DNA of 64,000 nucleotides, taken from Oceanispirochaeta sp. (GTDB lineage: Bacteria > Spirochaetota > Spirochaetia > DSM-2461). Below are positions 1 to 9,765 of this stretch, one piece after another. Position numbers and translations under genes: made by a program. The DNA is taken from positions 192,001 to 256,000 of the forward strand of contig CAXXOA010000003.1 in the NCBI GenBank assembly GCA_963666275.2, read 5' to 3'. Position 1 is the first letter of the stretch, and every line of letters starts with the position of its first letter. Below the pieces are notes generated by a model, which searched no databases, was not told the DNA's origin, and worked only from the letters and a program-made list of their open reading frames with translations.

Positions 1-732
1 CCTACAGACATCGGCACACCCCAAGGCGGGCCCTTATCACCTCTGCTTTCCAATATCCTCCTTGATCGGTTGGATATGGAACTGGAGAGAAGAAATGTGA
101 GGTTCGCACGGTATGCAGATGACACTATCCTTTTAACGAAGAGATTGTGTGATGCTAGGAAGATCCTACAGGAAGTTTCAATATTTCTGGTAAGGAAATT
201 GAAATTGCTAGTGAATCAGGAGAAAACGAAAGTTGCAAAGATAAGGGAGTGCAGTTTCCTGGGATTCACATTCAAGGGTAAGAAGATTCGCTGGACAGAG
301 TCGTCCTTTGAGGATTTTCGGTATCATCTGAAATATCTGACAAGGCGTTCCTGGGGTGTTTCCATGGAATACAGAATCGGGAAACTCAATGAGTATATCC
401 GGGGCTGGATGAACTACTATGGGATCTCCCAATATTACAGCCCTATACAGAATCTTGATGACTGGCTCCGTAGGAGGATTCGCATGTGCTACTGGAAACA
501 GTGGCGATATCCCAGAACGAAAGTCAGGAAACTGATGGAACTGGGAATTCCGAAAGATTTTGCCATTATCACCGGTGCCAGTAGTAAATCCTATTGGCAT
601 CTCTCCAAGTCTTACGCTACCAATGCAGCTATGTCCAATAAATGGCTGGAAGAGCAGGGATTGGTCAATATCAAATATCTATGGTGTAAAGCCCAGGGAT
701 ATATCGTAACCGTCAAAACTACAGGCCCTTGA
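1..732 (+). CDS. ltrA: Group II intron reverse transcriptase/maturase, 5'-truncated by the window edge; last 8 aa come from the IS66 end
   Basis: Frame is open from base 1: GTPQGGPLSPLLSNI, RYADD, FLGF and maturase motif GWMNYY. No C-terminal endonuclease domain. The native stop (TGA 3036-3038) lies just beyond the IS. Confidence 0.95.
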   Translation, partial: PTDIGTPQGGPLSPLLSNILLDRLDMELERRNVRFARYADDTILLTKRLCDARKILQEVSIFLVRKLKLLVNQEKTKVAKIRECSFLGFTFKGKKIRWTESSFEDFRYHLKYLTRRSWGVSMEYRIGKLNEYIRGWMNYYGISQYYSPIQNLDDWLRRRIRMCYWKQWRYPRTKVRKLMELGIPKDFAIITGASSKSYWHLSKSYATNAAMSNKWLEEQGLVNIKYLWCKAQGYIVTVKTTGP

Positions 733-2260
733 AAGCCCTTTTCTGAATAGCTTCCCGGTCACAGTTCCAGGGAAGCAGTTTTTCTTTGTCAAAATCATCT
801 TCCATGACTGCGACCTGATCGAATATCCACCATAGATATCCATAGGGATTCAGATCATTCACTTTCGCCGTCTCAATCAAAGAGTAAAAGAGACTACTGG
901 ATTTAGCACCCCTCGGAGATCCGGAGAACAGCCAGTTTTTCCGACCAACCACAAAAGGTTTAATCGCCCGTTCAGCGGCATTGTTATCCGGCGTCAGGTA
1001 GGGAGACTCAATAAAACGGACGATTTTCTCCCACTGGCCCAAGATATAGGCTATCGCTTTTCCCGTCGCCGTAGACGGCCTAACCTTTTCAGCCTTGTCA
1101 TCCAGCCAGGATTTGAGGTCATCCAGAAGCGGCTGAACCAGCTCTTTTCTCCTGTTCAAGAACTTCATATCATCCAAATGCTCATCCCGGAGATTACTTT
1201 CAATCCGGTAAATATCTCTGATTTTCTTTACAGCAATTTGAGCGCTTCCGGCTTTCTTTGAAGCCTTCGCGGCATCTACAAATTTCCGACGGGCATGTGC
1301 CAGACAACCGACATGAATGATATCTTCGTTGCCGTCCAGTGCCGTTTCATAAGCCTGATAGCCGTCAGTCTGGAGATATCCCGAATATCCCTCCAAAAAC
1401 GCCTTGGCATGCTGAGAACTTCTTGTTTCATGGTAGTCGTAGATCACAAGGGGTGAGTCCGGAGGCCCTCCCCGGGCAAGCCACATGTAGGATTTTGAGG
1501 TGTCCGGACGGTTTTCTTCTCCCAGAACCTGCACTGTGGTTTCATCCATCTGGATAACAGGGCCTTCTTTGATCTTCTTCCTAAACATATCCATAAGGAA
1601 TTGGAGCCTTTCTGCTGATTTATTTGTCCAATTGGACATGTCTTGGCGGCTGATATGAGCGCCGATACGCTCAAAGCGCTTCTCCTGCCTGTAAAACGGC
1701 AGATGATCACAGAACTTATTCACCAAGATAAAGGCTAAAAGCCCCGAAGTAACGATACTACCGGGAAGGATGGAAGGAGCCGCCGGGGCTACTCTGAAAA
1801 CCGGTTTGTCTTCATCACCGGAACCCTCACAGTTCCGGCAGGCATACTTGTAACGGATATGACGCTCCACGTATATCTGCTCGGGGATATGCTGAAGCCT
1901 TTCACTGACAATCTCATCAATCTTATCCAGTTGATGCCCGCAGCCGCAGATCTTTTCCTCTTCGGGAATGTCATGGATGATGTCCTCCCGGGGGATGTTG
2001 CTGTCCAAAGGCTTTCGTCCTGCCTTTGTTCGGCTATGTGCGGGAACTGTTATCTGATCATCTGCTGCGAATTCTTCCTCAGAAGGAGCCTCTTCTTCAA
2101 ACAGTTCCTTCTGGTTAGGATCGATTTTCTCGCTGGAACGTCCAAACTTGCGATGAAGAGCCAGGCGGAGTTCTTCTGTTAATTGCTCAATCTGACCAGA
2201 CATACTCTGGATGAGTTCAAGTGCTTTCTCTGGTGATTTTTGTATCTCCGCCAAGTCCAT
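719..2260 (-). CDS. tnpC: IS66 DDE transposase TnpC
   Basis: Coiled-coil with FGRSSEK, zinc finger, KFCDHLPFYRQ, MDET, LQTDGY, CLAHARRKF, DNNAAERAIK motifs. Confidence 0.96.
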   Translation of the reverse strand: MDLAEIQKSPEKALELIQSMSGQIEQLTEELRLALHRKFGRSSEKIDPNQKELFEEEAPSEEEFAADDQITVPAHSRTKAGRKPLDSNIPREDIIHDIPEEEKICGCGHQLDKIDEIVSERLQHIPEQIYVERHIRYKYACRNCEGSGDEDKPVFRVAPAAPSILPGSIVTSGLLAFILVNKFCDHLPFYRQEKRFERIGAHISRQDMSNWTNKSAERLQFLMDMFRKKIKEGPVIQMDETTVQVLGEENRPDTSKSYMWLARGGPPDSPLVIYDYHETRSSQHAKAFLEGYSGYLQTDGYQAYETALDGNEDIIHVGCLAHARRKFVDAAKASKKAGSAQIAVKKIRDIYRIESNLRDEHLDDMKFLNRRKELVQPLLDDLKSWLDDKAEKVRPSTATGKAIAYILGQWEKIVRFIESPYLTPDNNAAERAIKPFVVGRKNWLFSGSPRGAKSSSLFYSLIETAKVNDLNPYGYLWWIFDQVAVMEDDFDKEKLLPWNCDREAIQKRAFKGL

Positions 2261-2301
2261 GAGAAAATTCTAACATGTTTGAATTCCATTGGGAAGATGG
2301 T

Positions 2302-2649
2302 TTAGACAATCTCTTCATAACTGAGAGTTTGATGAGTATGCCAGAAGTCAATACCTTCCAGGAGCATTTTCAACTGTTCCTGGGATATCTGCCTGGCTTG
2401 CTCTTCTGAATCCGGCCAGGGGTATTTTCCTTTTTCCAGGCGCTTCTGCCAGAGACAGAATCCGTTGCGATCCCAGTAAATGCACTTTATCAGCTTGCGG
2501 TCCCGGCTGCAAAAGAGGAAAAGGCAACCGGAACCAGGGTTAAGTTCCATTTCCTCCTGGGTGATAATGGATAAACCATTGACCTGTTTCCGCATATCGG
2601 TGATACCAGGTCTGACGTAGATTTGAATGCTGGTAAAATCCGGAATCAT
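2302..2649 (-). CDS. tnpB: IS66 accessory protein TnpB
   Basis: TDMRK..NGL, FLFCSR, YWDRNGFCLWQKRLEKG motifs. Confidence 0.95.
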   Translation of the reverse strand: MIPDFTSIQIYVRPGITDMRKQVNGLSIITQEEMELNPGSGCLFLFCSRDRKLIKCIYWDRNGFCLWQKRLEKGKYPWPDSEEQARQISQEQLKMLLEGIDFWHTHQTLSYEEIV

Positions 2650-2954
2650 TTTAGGATCTCTTTTAAATCGGCGACAAGACGAATCAGCGAATGAGAATCG
2701 TAATCTGATGGAATATTGATCTTATGCCCGGAGGGGTATTCGATTGAAAATGGGCTTCCTGTAGACGCCTTCAAAACTACTGGAATCCTCACAAGCCCTT
2801 TTTCCTTCTCTACTGCTGATTCCTTGCGGATTTTCATTCTCCAATAGTCGAAGGTTGAAACGGGGATGCTATTCTTCAGGCAGAACTCTGTTCGGTTTAA
2901 ACTGCTCTTCTCCCATTCATTGATTTTTCGTTTCCAAATGTCTTTTTTTTCCAT
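2646..2954 (-). CDS. tnpA: IS66 accessory protein TnpA (HTH)
   Basis: W..S.L...EFC....I..STFDYWR pattern. ATG at 2954 preceded by AAGGAG. Confidence 0.88.
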   Translation of the reverse strand: MEKKDIWKRKINEWEKSSLNRTEFCLKNSIPVSTFDYWRMKIRKESAVEKEKGLVRIPVVLKASTGSPFSIEYPSGHKINIPSDYDSHSLIRLVADLKEILK

Positions 2955-3069
2955 GCAGTAAATCTCCTTGTAGAAATTGTGCATGGAATTCAGATTACAT
3001 CGTAGGGCATAAGAAATTGACGGTTACGATATATCTGATCAAATCAGGATTTCGTTTGCTCCATGGAGT

Positions 3070-3140
3070 GAACCGCCCCGTGCGGACCCGCATGCGGGGT
3101 GGTGTGGGGGCTGGAGGTTAAAAGCCTCCGGCTACCCGAT
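3070..3140 (+). ncRNA. Group II intron catalytic domains V and VI
   Basis: Short DV stem-loop with CGC triad typical of IIC introns. DVI stem GGGGGCTGGAGG/CCTCCGGCT-A-CCC, terminal AT. Confidence 0.92.
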
Positions 3141-3218
3141 TTATGTATTTCTTTTTGGGAATCTCATTATTTGCATGTCTCACCCCTCATTTTTGGGTAA
3201 GATTTTGGAGTTATTTCA

Positions 3219-3830
3219 TCAGACTCCTTTGCTACTTAAGATAAATTCACAAATTTCATTATCATTCAGCATCTTATCTCGGTCGATTAATTTTATAGTT
3301 TCTGTTTTTGTAAAATAACTCTGTTTGATACTTTTCTGATTTTCGAAAACTTTAAGATACCCATTGTTAATGTCATCCCAATTCAATGTTTTTTCATAAA
3401 AAGAATTATCTTTACTAGCAAAAGGCCTACTTCTTGTCATTATGCAAATTGTCACATCATACTTGTCTTGCAGTTTTGAATAAAGCCTATGATGTATATC
3501 ATATATAAGCGATAACTCGAATTCATCTAAACCTGAAAGTTCCCCATAAATTAATGCGGAGATATAGCTACGATCCATTACTATATTAGTATCTGAATAA
3601 AGCATTGTTTCGTATAGATCAACGGTATGAGATATTGTGTGAAGAAGTTGCCGTTCAAATGGTGATATTGAAGTTTTTCCCTTTACAATACCACGTAGAA
3701 AACCTAGAGTATTACTTGCGCTTGGTTGCTGAAGAATAGAGGCATTTATCATTGTTGATAGTTGTTTAGAAATTGTAGATTTACCAAGATTATCGGCAGA
3801 TTCTAAAATCACTAGTTTATGTTTATCCAC
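3219..3830 (-). CDS. P-loop nucleotide kinase, thymidylate-kinase-like
   Basis: LVILESADNLGKST P-loop, MDRSYISALIYG (TMPK DR motif). Likely GTG start at 3830 overlapping the upstream stop; the ORF-track start at 3962 overlaps the upstream gene by 140 bp. Confidence 0.8.
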   Translation of the reverse strand: MDKHKLVILESADNLGKSTISKQLSTMINASILQQPSASNTLGFLRGIVKGKTSISPFERQLLHTISHTVDLYETMLYSDTNIVMDRSYISALIYGELSGLDEFELSLIYDIHHRLYSKLQDKYDVTICIMTRSRPFASKDNSFYEKTLNWDDINNGYLKVFENQKSIKQSYFTKTETIKLIDRDKMLNDNEICEFILSSKGV

Positions 3831-5847
3831 CGTTCTTGCCCTCCACTCCTTTAATACCTTGTAGAATGAGTAAAATAATCTCATCAATAAACTTACTATT
3901 GAAAAGTATTCGGTTTTCCTCTTCTGAAAGTCCATTGTTTTCTGAAAGACCTGCGATTCCAATATTACTTATTTCTTGTACAATTGATTCATAGCTAATA
4001 TCTTTCTCTTCTGAATCTAACTCAAATAAGTCACTAATTTCTTTGTAGCCAGCGTTATGATGTAATTGCCACTCTTTTGTTAATTCTTCAGGAATAGTAC
4101 CACTTACTAATAATTCACATACCTTGGATGTAACACCTCCAAAACCTCCAAGCAAATACAATGGTTTTTTTTCTCTTAAAGAAATAATTATTTCCTCGAA
4201 AACACCAGGATACTTACCCTTGTAACCAGAAAAGCGACCTCCTGCAGAAATTCGATAATTGCACTGCCCAATCATTTCTTTACGCATCTTAGTTAAACAT
4301 AGACTCCATGCAAAGCAGTTTATCGCACCGACAGGACGTAGAAATATTTCTTTATCATGGTTTTTCTGGACTTTTTCTGATGGCTCAACCTTAATAATTT
4401 TTACCACCTTATTATTTTTTGCATTCCAATCCAAAGTAGGTTCATCAATATTTGTGTAAATAGGCCATGCTAAATAATTTTGAATTTTTGGCGTGGATGC
4501 CTGTAATCGATCTTGCACAACTTTTGCCTCTTCGCAAAGAAATTCTGAAAATCCTCCTGGACGAAGATCACCACCATAAACAACAGTAGCATCTCGAAAA
4601 AGTAAATGGCGTGCAATAGTTTGAGATAGAGAAATCAAATGTTTATTAGTTTGCCCAATATTTAGCAATTCCTCAGGTTCAGGATCTGATATAGATATTC
4701 CTATCGAAATTCCAGCAAAGGCTTTTAACTCCAATGTAAGGGGAGTACAAGCAATAATTCCTAATGGTTCAATACATTTATGCTCTATTCCATATACTGG
4801 AGGATCGGGATAAATGATTTTTGAGAACTTAGAATATATTGAGTCTCCGGAATTTGAAAGTAAATTGGTTATGTCAGACAATTCTGGAGGTCGGACCAAT
4901 AACATCGTTGATCCGTCATCATGTATACTTAATAAATCTTTGTAATAATTGATTTTTAGTGTTTCGAGTAGTGCGGTCTCAAGAATAGTATGTATATCAA
5001 GCTCAGAGATAGGTAAGCTAGAGTCTAAATGAACAGATGGTACATTGACAGAATGTGGAAATGCTCGATCTTCGTTTACTTTTAAATAGTTCACAACGAT
5101 TATTGGGAGACTATTCTCTTTGGCTATTAATATCTCTTTTTGACACCAATATCTCATAGAATAATTATCAGATTGAATTGAAATCAATGTGGAATCTTTT
5201 ACGGAATTTTCAATTTCATCTTCAAAATCATGAGAAATATGGATATCATATGCATCGTAAAAACGATGCATTAACGTATTATCAATAAATGATTTTAGTG
5301 ATTTAGCCGTTTCAACGGCCCAATCATCGTATTTCGTATGACTTAAAAATAACTTTATAGCACTATCATTACCTGGAATGTTTCCACCGTTAGAAAAAGC
5401 AAATCGATAGATTTCGTGAGTTGCTGAAATGAAAAACTGTTGGGTAATATATTGTTTGTCAAAGTCATAAAGCCTTATAAAATTTAACTTTTCATATTTC
5501 TTATTCAACCCAAATCCGAATTCTGAGTTAATAGCAATTGGAATAACTTGTTGGTCATCAACGGAAAGAAATGTGTCATAATAAGCTCTCCAATCAACAT
5601 TCCCAGTCACATACTTGTTGGAGAAACAAAAAATTATAGTTTTTTTTGCTTTTGAATCAATTCTTTTGGGTATAGCATTGTCATTCGAAGTTCGAAAGAA
5701 TACAGGAAGATTCATACTTCTAGAAAATGGTCTTGAAATATCTTTTTGAAATCTGTCAAAACAATACTCTACTAAAGGCTTTACAATAGCTTCATCAGCT
5801 GAATGCCAAACAAAATAGATTGCAAGTGGCTGCCTAAAAATTTGCAT
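3823..5847 (-). CDS. TIR + SLOG domain protein (N-terminal degenerate TIR-like region, central TIR, C-terminal SLOG)
   Basis: Central TIR: LFLSHTKYD...YWCQKEI with Glu. SLOG: IGISIS, VVYGGDLRPGGF, LTKMRKEM, SAGG...YKGKYPGVFEE, PLYLLGGFGG. Confidence 0.82.
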   Translation of the reverse strand: MQIFRQPLAIYFVWHSADEAIVKPLVEYCFDRFQKDISRPFSRSMNLPVFFRTSNDNAIPKRIDSKAKKTIIFCFSNKYVTGNVDWRAYYDTFLSVDDQQVIPIAINSEFGFGLNKKYEKLNFIRLYDFDKQYITQQFFISATHEIYRFAFSNGGNIPGNDSAIKLFLSHTKYDDWAVETAKSLKSFIDNTLMHRFYDAYDIHISHDFEDEIENSVKDSTLISIQSDNYSMRYWCQKEILIAKENSLPIIVVNYLKVNEDRAFPHSVNVPSVHLDSSLPISELDIHTILETALLETLKINYYKDLLSIHDDGSTMLLVRPPELSDITNLLSNSGDSIYSKFSKIIYPDPPVYGIEHKCIEPLGIIACTPLTLELKAFAGISIGISISDPEPEELLNIGQTNKHLISLSQTIARHLLFRDATVVYGGDLRPGGFSEFLCEEAKVVQDRLQASTPKIQNYLAWPIYTNIDEPTLDWNAKNNKVVKIIKVEPSEKVQKNHDKEIFLRPVGAINCFAWSLCLTKMRKEMIGQCNYRISAGGRFSGYKGKYPGVFEEIIISLREKKPLYLLGGFGGVTSKVCELLVSGTIPEELTKEWQLHHNAGYKEISDLFELDSEEKDISYESIVQEISNIGIAGLSENNGLSEEENRILFNSKFIDEIILLILQGIKGVEGKNGG

Positions 5848-6426
5848 TTAATAACTCCACTTTGTTTGAGACTCTGATCGATTATTAGCAAATGACGGAT
5901 AACTGTTATCTGGAATATCAATTTTTCGTCTATTAAAAGCATCATCTATCCAATTTTGCACTATATATGGATTAATATCCCAATTATATATTTTTGCGTA
6001 GCCGCACTTTATATTATCATATAAGCGAGGTGGAATAGTGAAGGGGTTATATTGACCACCATTCTCACAACTTTTGTTTTCCCATGAATACTCACAATTA
6101 TAGGATGGTAAGAGTATTCCTATTAACCCTGTACGACTATTATACTGGGTTTTCCTGATACTAGAGGAAATTTCCCAGTCTACATGTTTTCTTTTCCACG
6201 TATCTTTACCAATCAAGACAATAGCAACTGTAGCGTCTTTTATAAATTTATCGCGTATTTGCTGACGTATAGTGTCGGTTTGCAATAAAGGGTTAATATC
6301 TCCTTCTTCAACTGATTTTGATATAAATCCATCAAATGAATTCGTGAATTTTTGAATAAATTGCTTTTTATAAGATTCATCATTTTTATGATGATAACTT
6401 ATGAATACTTTGTGTTTTTTTATCAT
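5848..6426 (-). CDS. ThsB-like TIR protein (DUF1863 family)
   Basis: HKVFISYHH.ND, IRDKFIKDATVAIVLIG..TWKRKHVDWEI, PPRL.DN. ATG at 6426 or GTG at 6435. Confidence 0.88.
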   Translation of the reverse strand: MIKKHKVFISYHHKNDESYKKQFIQKFTNSFDGFISKSVEEGDINPLLQTDTIRQQIRDKFIKDATVAIVLIGKDTWKRKHVDWEISSSIRKTQYNSRTGLIGILLPSYNCEYSWENKSCENGGQYNPFTIPPRLYDNIKCGYAKIYNWDINPYIVQNWIDDAFNRRKIDIPDNSYPSFANNRSESQTKWSY

Positions 6427-6435
6427 TACATCCAC

Positions 6436-7062
6436 CTATGATTGACCATCATATCTAATAAATTTCTCTTCTTGAAACATGGAAGGGAATCCAATTAGCC
6501 CATTATTATAGTTCTGTTGAATATATTCTAAAATTTGCAATGCGATCTTTTCATCCACATATCTGTGTCCTGGACCTCTTTTGCAAAGTTTTGTTGAAAT
6601 TTTTAATGGTATTTCAAACGCATCTTTCCCAAAGTAATAGAAATGACTTGAGATTAGTACCATGTCAGTAGTTGAAGTGTCTCGTTTCAAATTATGCTGA
6701 TTTATTTCGCCATTTTCGAGACTATGATGAGAATTATCTTGATGCCAATCACCATCATTTTTTTGGTGATATATATTGTCTCCATACATTTTCTTCAGAC
6801 TGCCATTCATCACCGGTTTTTTGTATTGAAAATCTGGATTTTTGTAGTATTCATTAAATGTCATTTTGGCCGTTACTTGCATAGTATAAATCAACCTAGG
6901 CGATTGTTGGTGTATGATGGATGATGTGCCAAATATCCAGTCGCCTATTTTTGCACTCTTTCTAATACTCGGCTTACAAGTTGCTAAAGTGCAATGTTTT
7001 CCAAATGGATTGGGTGCAAAACCAAAATCTCGAGGTATAACATATGAATAATACATAGCCAT
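6436..7062 (-). CDS. Nmad2 (nucleotide-modification-associated domain 2) protein
   Basis: YSYVIPRDFGFAPNPFG..CTLATCKP.IRK.AKIGDWIFG, GDNIY and LIS..FYYFG signatures. TAATG stop/start overlap at 7062. Confidence 0.85.
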   Translation of the reverse strand: MAMYYSYVIPRDFGFAPNPFGKHCTLATCKPSIRKSAKIGDWIFGTSSIIHQQSPRLIYTMQVTAKMTFNEYYKNPDFQYKKPVMNGSLKKMYGDNIYHQKNDGDWHQDNSHHSLENGEINQHNLKRDTSTTDMVLISSHFYYFGKDAFEIPLKISTKLCKRGPGHRYVDEKIALQILEYIQQNYNNGLIGFPSMFQEEKFIRYDGQS

Positions 7063-7535
7063 TAACAATTGCTCCTGCCAATCCCATATCTACTTTGCCA
7101 AGGGCCATTCCCTTCAGAATTATCAAAGTCATTGCAAATTCCGTTTATTGCATCAATAATTTTTCCTGAATTCCACCCTACTAAAGCATCTCCAAATTTC
7201 TGGAAAGATTCTGGGACATCGGAATCCTTTGCTCCTTGCATAAAAACTCCTACAATAGGCTTTCCTTGTTTTGCTGCCTGCTCAATTTCCCAATTAACCC
7301 ATTCTCTAGTATGCGTTTGCGGACCGATCAAGACAACTGTTGTTCCCGCCCAACTTATTCCATCTCTCAATAATCCTTTAATGTATTCAGGGTTTTTTGC
7401 ATCATTAGGCTTTGTGCTATCAATTGAACTATTCCTCAGAGTATAACCTTTATCGCCGAGCATCTTCTTTAAAGCTTGAACGCTTTCATCATCCTTTCCA
7501 TAATGGCTGATAAACACATTTTTATTCTTCATCAA
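7062..7535 (-). CDS. ThsB-like TIR protein (DUF1863 family)
   Basis: NVFISH..KD, LR.GISWAGTTVVLIG.QTHTREWVNWEI..A...GKPIVGV. Confidence 0.88.
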   Translation of the reverse strand: MMKNKNVFISHYGKDDESVQALKKMLGDKGYTLRNSSIDSTKPNDAKNPEYIKGLLRDGISWAGTTVVLIGPQTHTREWVNWEIEQAAKQGKPIVGVFMQGAKDSDVPESFQKFGDALVGWNSGKIIDAINGICNDFDNSEGNGPWQSRYGIGRSNC

Positions 7536-8152
7536 TATCCTCCTTTCAAGAATAAAGAATTTAATGATGGATTGTGAAACTTTATACCATTTTGCTTATG
7601 CGTTTTTGAATACAATGCAAGAGCCCAATCATGAAGGAAATCATTTTCAGATTCAAAAAATTCTTCAGATTCTCGCATCCTAATAGATTTTTCCCATTCT
7701 TCAAGTTTTTTTAATTGTTGATCAAAAGATGTTAGCGACTCAAATTTACTTTTGTACACATATGATTCATTTGAGCATGAAACCACTTTGCTTAAAGATA
7801 CTATCTTTTCTCTAAATTCTTCATAATAATGAAGATTATTTGTGATATGGTAATAAGAGCCAATTTCATAACCCAAAATTCCAGCAAAATATTCTAGCAT
7901 GAACATGTTATTAAACATATTAATACCAGTTGCACCCCAAAGAAAATCATTAGATCTCATATGAACATAAAGATTTAGCTTTCCTTGAACATCTCGAATA
8001 AACTGGATAGATCTAGTGCATGGGAAATCTTTTGTCTCCTTGATTATACCATTATTAAAACAATCTTTGACTGGATCACCTATATCAATTATTGCCTGTC
8101 TTGTGAACGCATCACGTTTAAAAGACTCAATTACATAACTAAACTGTAAGCG

Positions 8153-9724
8153 TCAAATAAACACAGGCCCTTTATCAGCCGTAATGTTATCTTTTAAATT
8201 CCATGGTAATAATTCTTCCCATTCTTGTTCATTATTGATGAACGGAGCTTTAGAGAAAACATAATGCAGATAATCAAAGGGATTCAAATTATTTTGTTTT
8301 GCAGTCTCAATCAGAGAATACATCCCGCAGGAACTGTCTGCCCCTTTGGGATTCCCGGAAAATAGCCAGTTTTTCCTCCCCAGAACAAAAGGACGAATAG
8401 CATTTTCACTGCCATTATTATCCGGAGTCAGATAAGGACTTTCCAGATATCGGATCAAATAATCCCATTGATTCAATGCATAATGAACAGCCTTACCTAA
8501 AGCACTTTCAGGTAAAACATTTTCAGCCCTTTTATCCAACCATTGTTTAAATTTTTCAAGAATGGGTTCGGCCTTGCTTTTCCGTTGTTCCTGGAACTCT
8601 TCAGGAGATAATTTCTTACTCCTTAGATCATTTTCCAAGGCATAGAGCTTCTTGATATGCTTGATTCCTTCCAGAGCACTTTTAGATTTTTTACTGGCTT
8701 TATCAGCCTCAAAGAACTTCCTTCTGGCATGTGCAAAGCAGCCTACCAGATGTATATCGGGATTGCCTTCTACCGCGGTTTTGTATCCTTGATATCCATC
8801 GGTTTGCAGATACCCTTTAAAACTAGTGAGAAAATTCTTTGCATATTCCGATGCCCGTGTTGGATGGTACTCATAATAAACAGCTTGTTGTCCCGGAGGA
8901 CCGCCTCTGGACAGCCACATATAGGATTTCTGTTTGTTATCCCGACCTGGTTCATTCAGAACCTGTACGGTTGTTTCATCCATTTGGATCACCGGACCGG
9001 ATTTTATGTGGGTTTTCAGCAGTTCAAAGAGAGGGAGAAGAGCTTCATAAGCCTTTTTCTGCCAATTACTCATATTCTGACGGCTGATTCGGGCTCCCAT
9101 ACGCTCAAACCGCTTTTCCTGTCGGTAAAAAGGAAGATGGTCCACGTACTTGTTTACCATCAGAAATGCCAACAGACCGGGAGTGACAATCCCTTTGGGG
9201 ATGATGGAAGGCTCCGGAGGGGCAATCTTTACAGCAGGAACATCTTCATCGGCGGTTCCTTCGCAATTACCACAGGCATATTTTAACCGGACAATCCGTT
9301 CTACCCAGATACGGGGAGGGATCACATGCAGTTTCTCAGAGATTTCTTCTCCGATTTTTTTCAGTTCTGTTCCGCAGGCACAGTTTTTTTCATCTTCAGG
9401 AATATCAATAATCCGTTCTTTGCGGGGAAGGTTCTCATCCAGAGGCTTTCTGCCTGTTTTCTTACGCTTGTAAGAATCTATTTGCTGTTCTTCCGAACAG
9501 TCTTCCTCAGGAGTCTGTGGTTCATCAGAATCAAATAATTCAATCTGATCAGGGATATTTTCTGCTCTTCGACCGAATTGACGATGCAATGCCAAGGCCA
9601 ACTTCTCTTCAAGAAGCTGATATTTCTTTTCCCAGTTCTGATTCTGGGCTTCTGATTCAGCAAGTTGCTTTTTCAGAGATAAAAATTCTTTTTGTGCTTC
9701 CAACGGAAGAGAGGAAATATCCAT
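8153..9724 (-). CDS. tnpC: IS66 transposase TnpC
   Basis: KYVDHLPFYRQ, MDET, LQTDGY, CFAHARRKF, DNNGSENAIR. Confidence 0.96.
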   Translation of the reverse strand: MDISSLPLEAQKEFLSLKKQLAESEAQNQNWEKKYQLLEEKLALALHRQFGRRAENIPDQIELFDSDEPQTPEEDCSEEQQIDSYKRKKTGRKPLDENLPRKERIIDIPEDEKNCACGTELKKIGEEISEKLHVIPPRIWVERIVRLKYACGNCEGTADEDVPAVKIAPPEPSIIPKGIVTPGLLAFLMVNKYVDHLPFYRQEKRFERMGARISRQNMSNWQKKAYEALLPLFELLKTHIKSGPVIQMDETTVQVLNEPGRDNKQKSYMWLSRGGPPGQQAVYYEYHPTRASEYAKNFLTSFKGYLQTDGYQGYKTAVEGNPDIHLVGCFAHARRKFFEADKASKKSKSALEGIKHIKKLYALENDLRSKKLSPEEFQEQRKSKAEPILEKFKQWLDKRAENVLPESALGKAVHYALNQWDYLIRYLESPYLTPDNNGSENAIRPFVLGRKNWLFSGNPKGADSSCGMYSLIETAKQNNLNPFDYLHYVFSKAPFINNEQEWEELLPWNLKDNITADKGPVFI

Positions 9725-9765
9725 AAGAGAATTTTAACAAAGACTGGAATTTGAGTAAATTCCTT

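Larger units (their letters stand above)
706..3027 (-). mobile_element. IS66-family element, copy A1 (2322 bp)
   Basis: Terminal inverted repeats GTAACCGTCAA/TTGACGGTTAC. 8 bp target duplication GATATATC (698-705, 3028-3035). Carries tnpA-tnpB-tnpC. Confidence 0.97.
1..3140 (+). mobile_element. Group II intron, bacterial class C (IIC); 5' part lies outside the window; interrupted by IS66 at 706-3027
   Basis: RT/maturase ORF at 1-732. Domain V hairpin with CGC triad (GAACCGCCCCGTGCGGACCCGCATGCGGGGTGGT, 3070-3103). Domain VI with bulged A (3134), ending ...CTACCCGAT at 3140. Confidence 0.93.

Noticed and set aside
1..732. RT as retron, DGR or defence-associated RT belonging to the TIR operon
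   Set aside because: It has a maturase domain and intron domains V/VI, and is antisense to the operon.
3831..3962. N-terminal extension of the kinase ORF
   Set aside because: It overlaps the TIR-SLOG gene; the P-loop begins just after the GTG at 3830.
3219..7535. Canonical Thoeris type I/II call
   Set aside because: No ThsA with Sir2-SLOG or TM-Macro architecture is present.
8133..8139. ACATAAC core-like heptamer next to IS66 B
   Set aside because: It lies inside the in-frame TS-fold coding sequence and has no L boxes or hairpin partner, so it is treated as chance.
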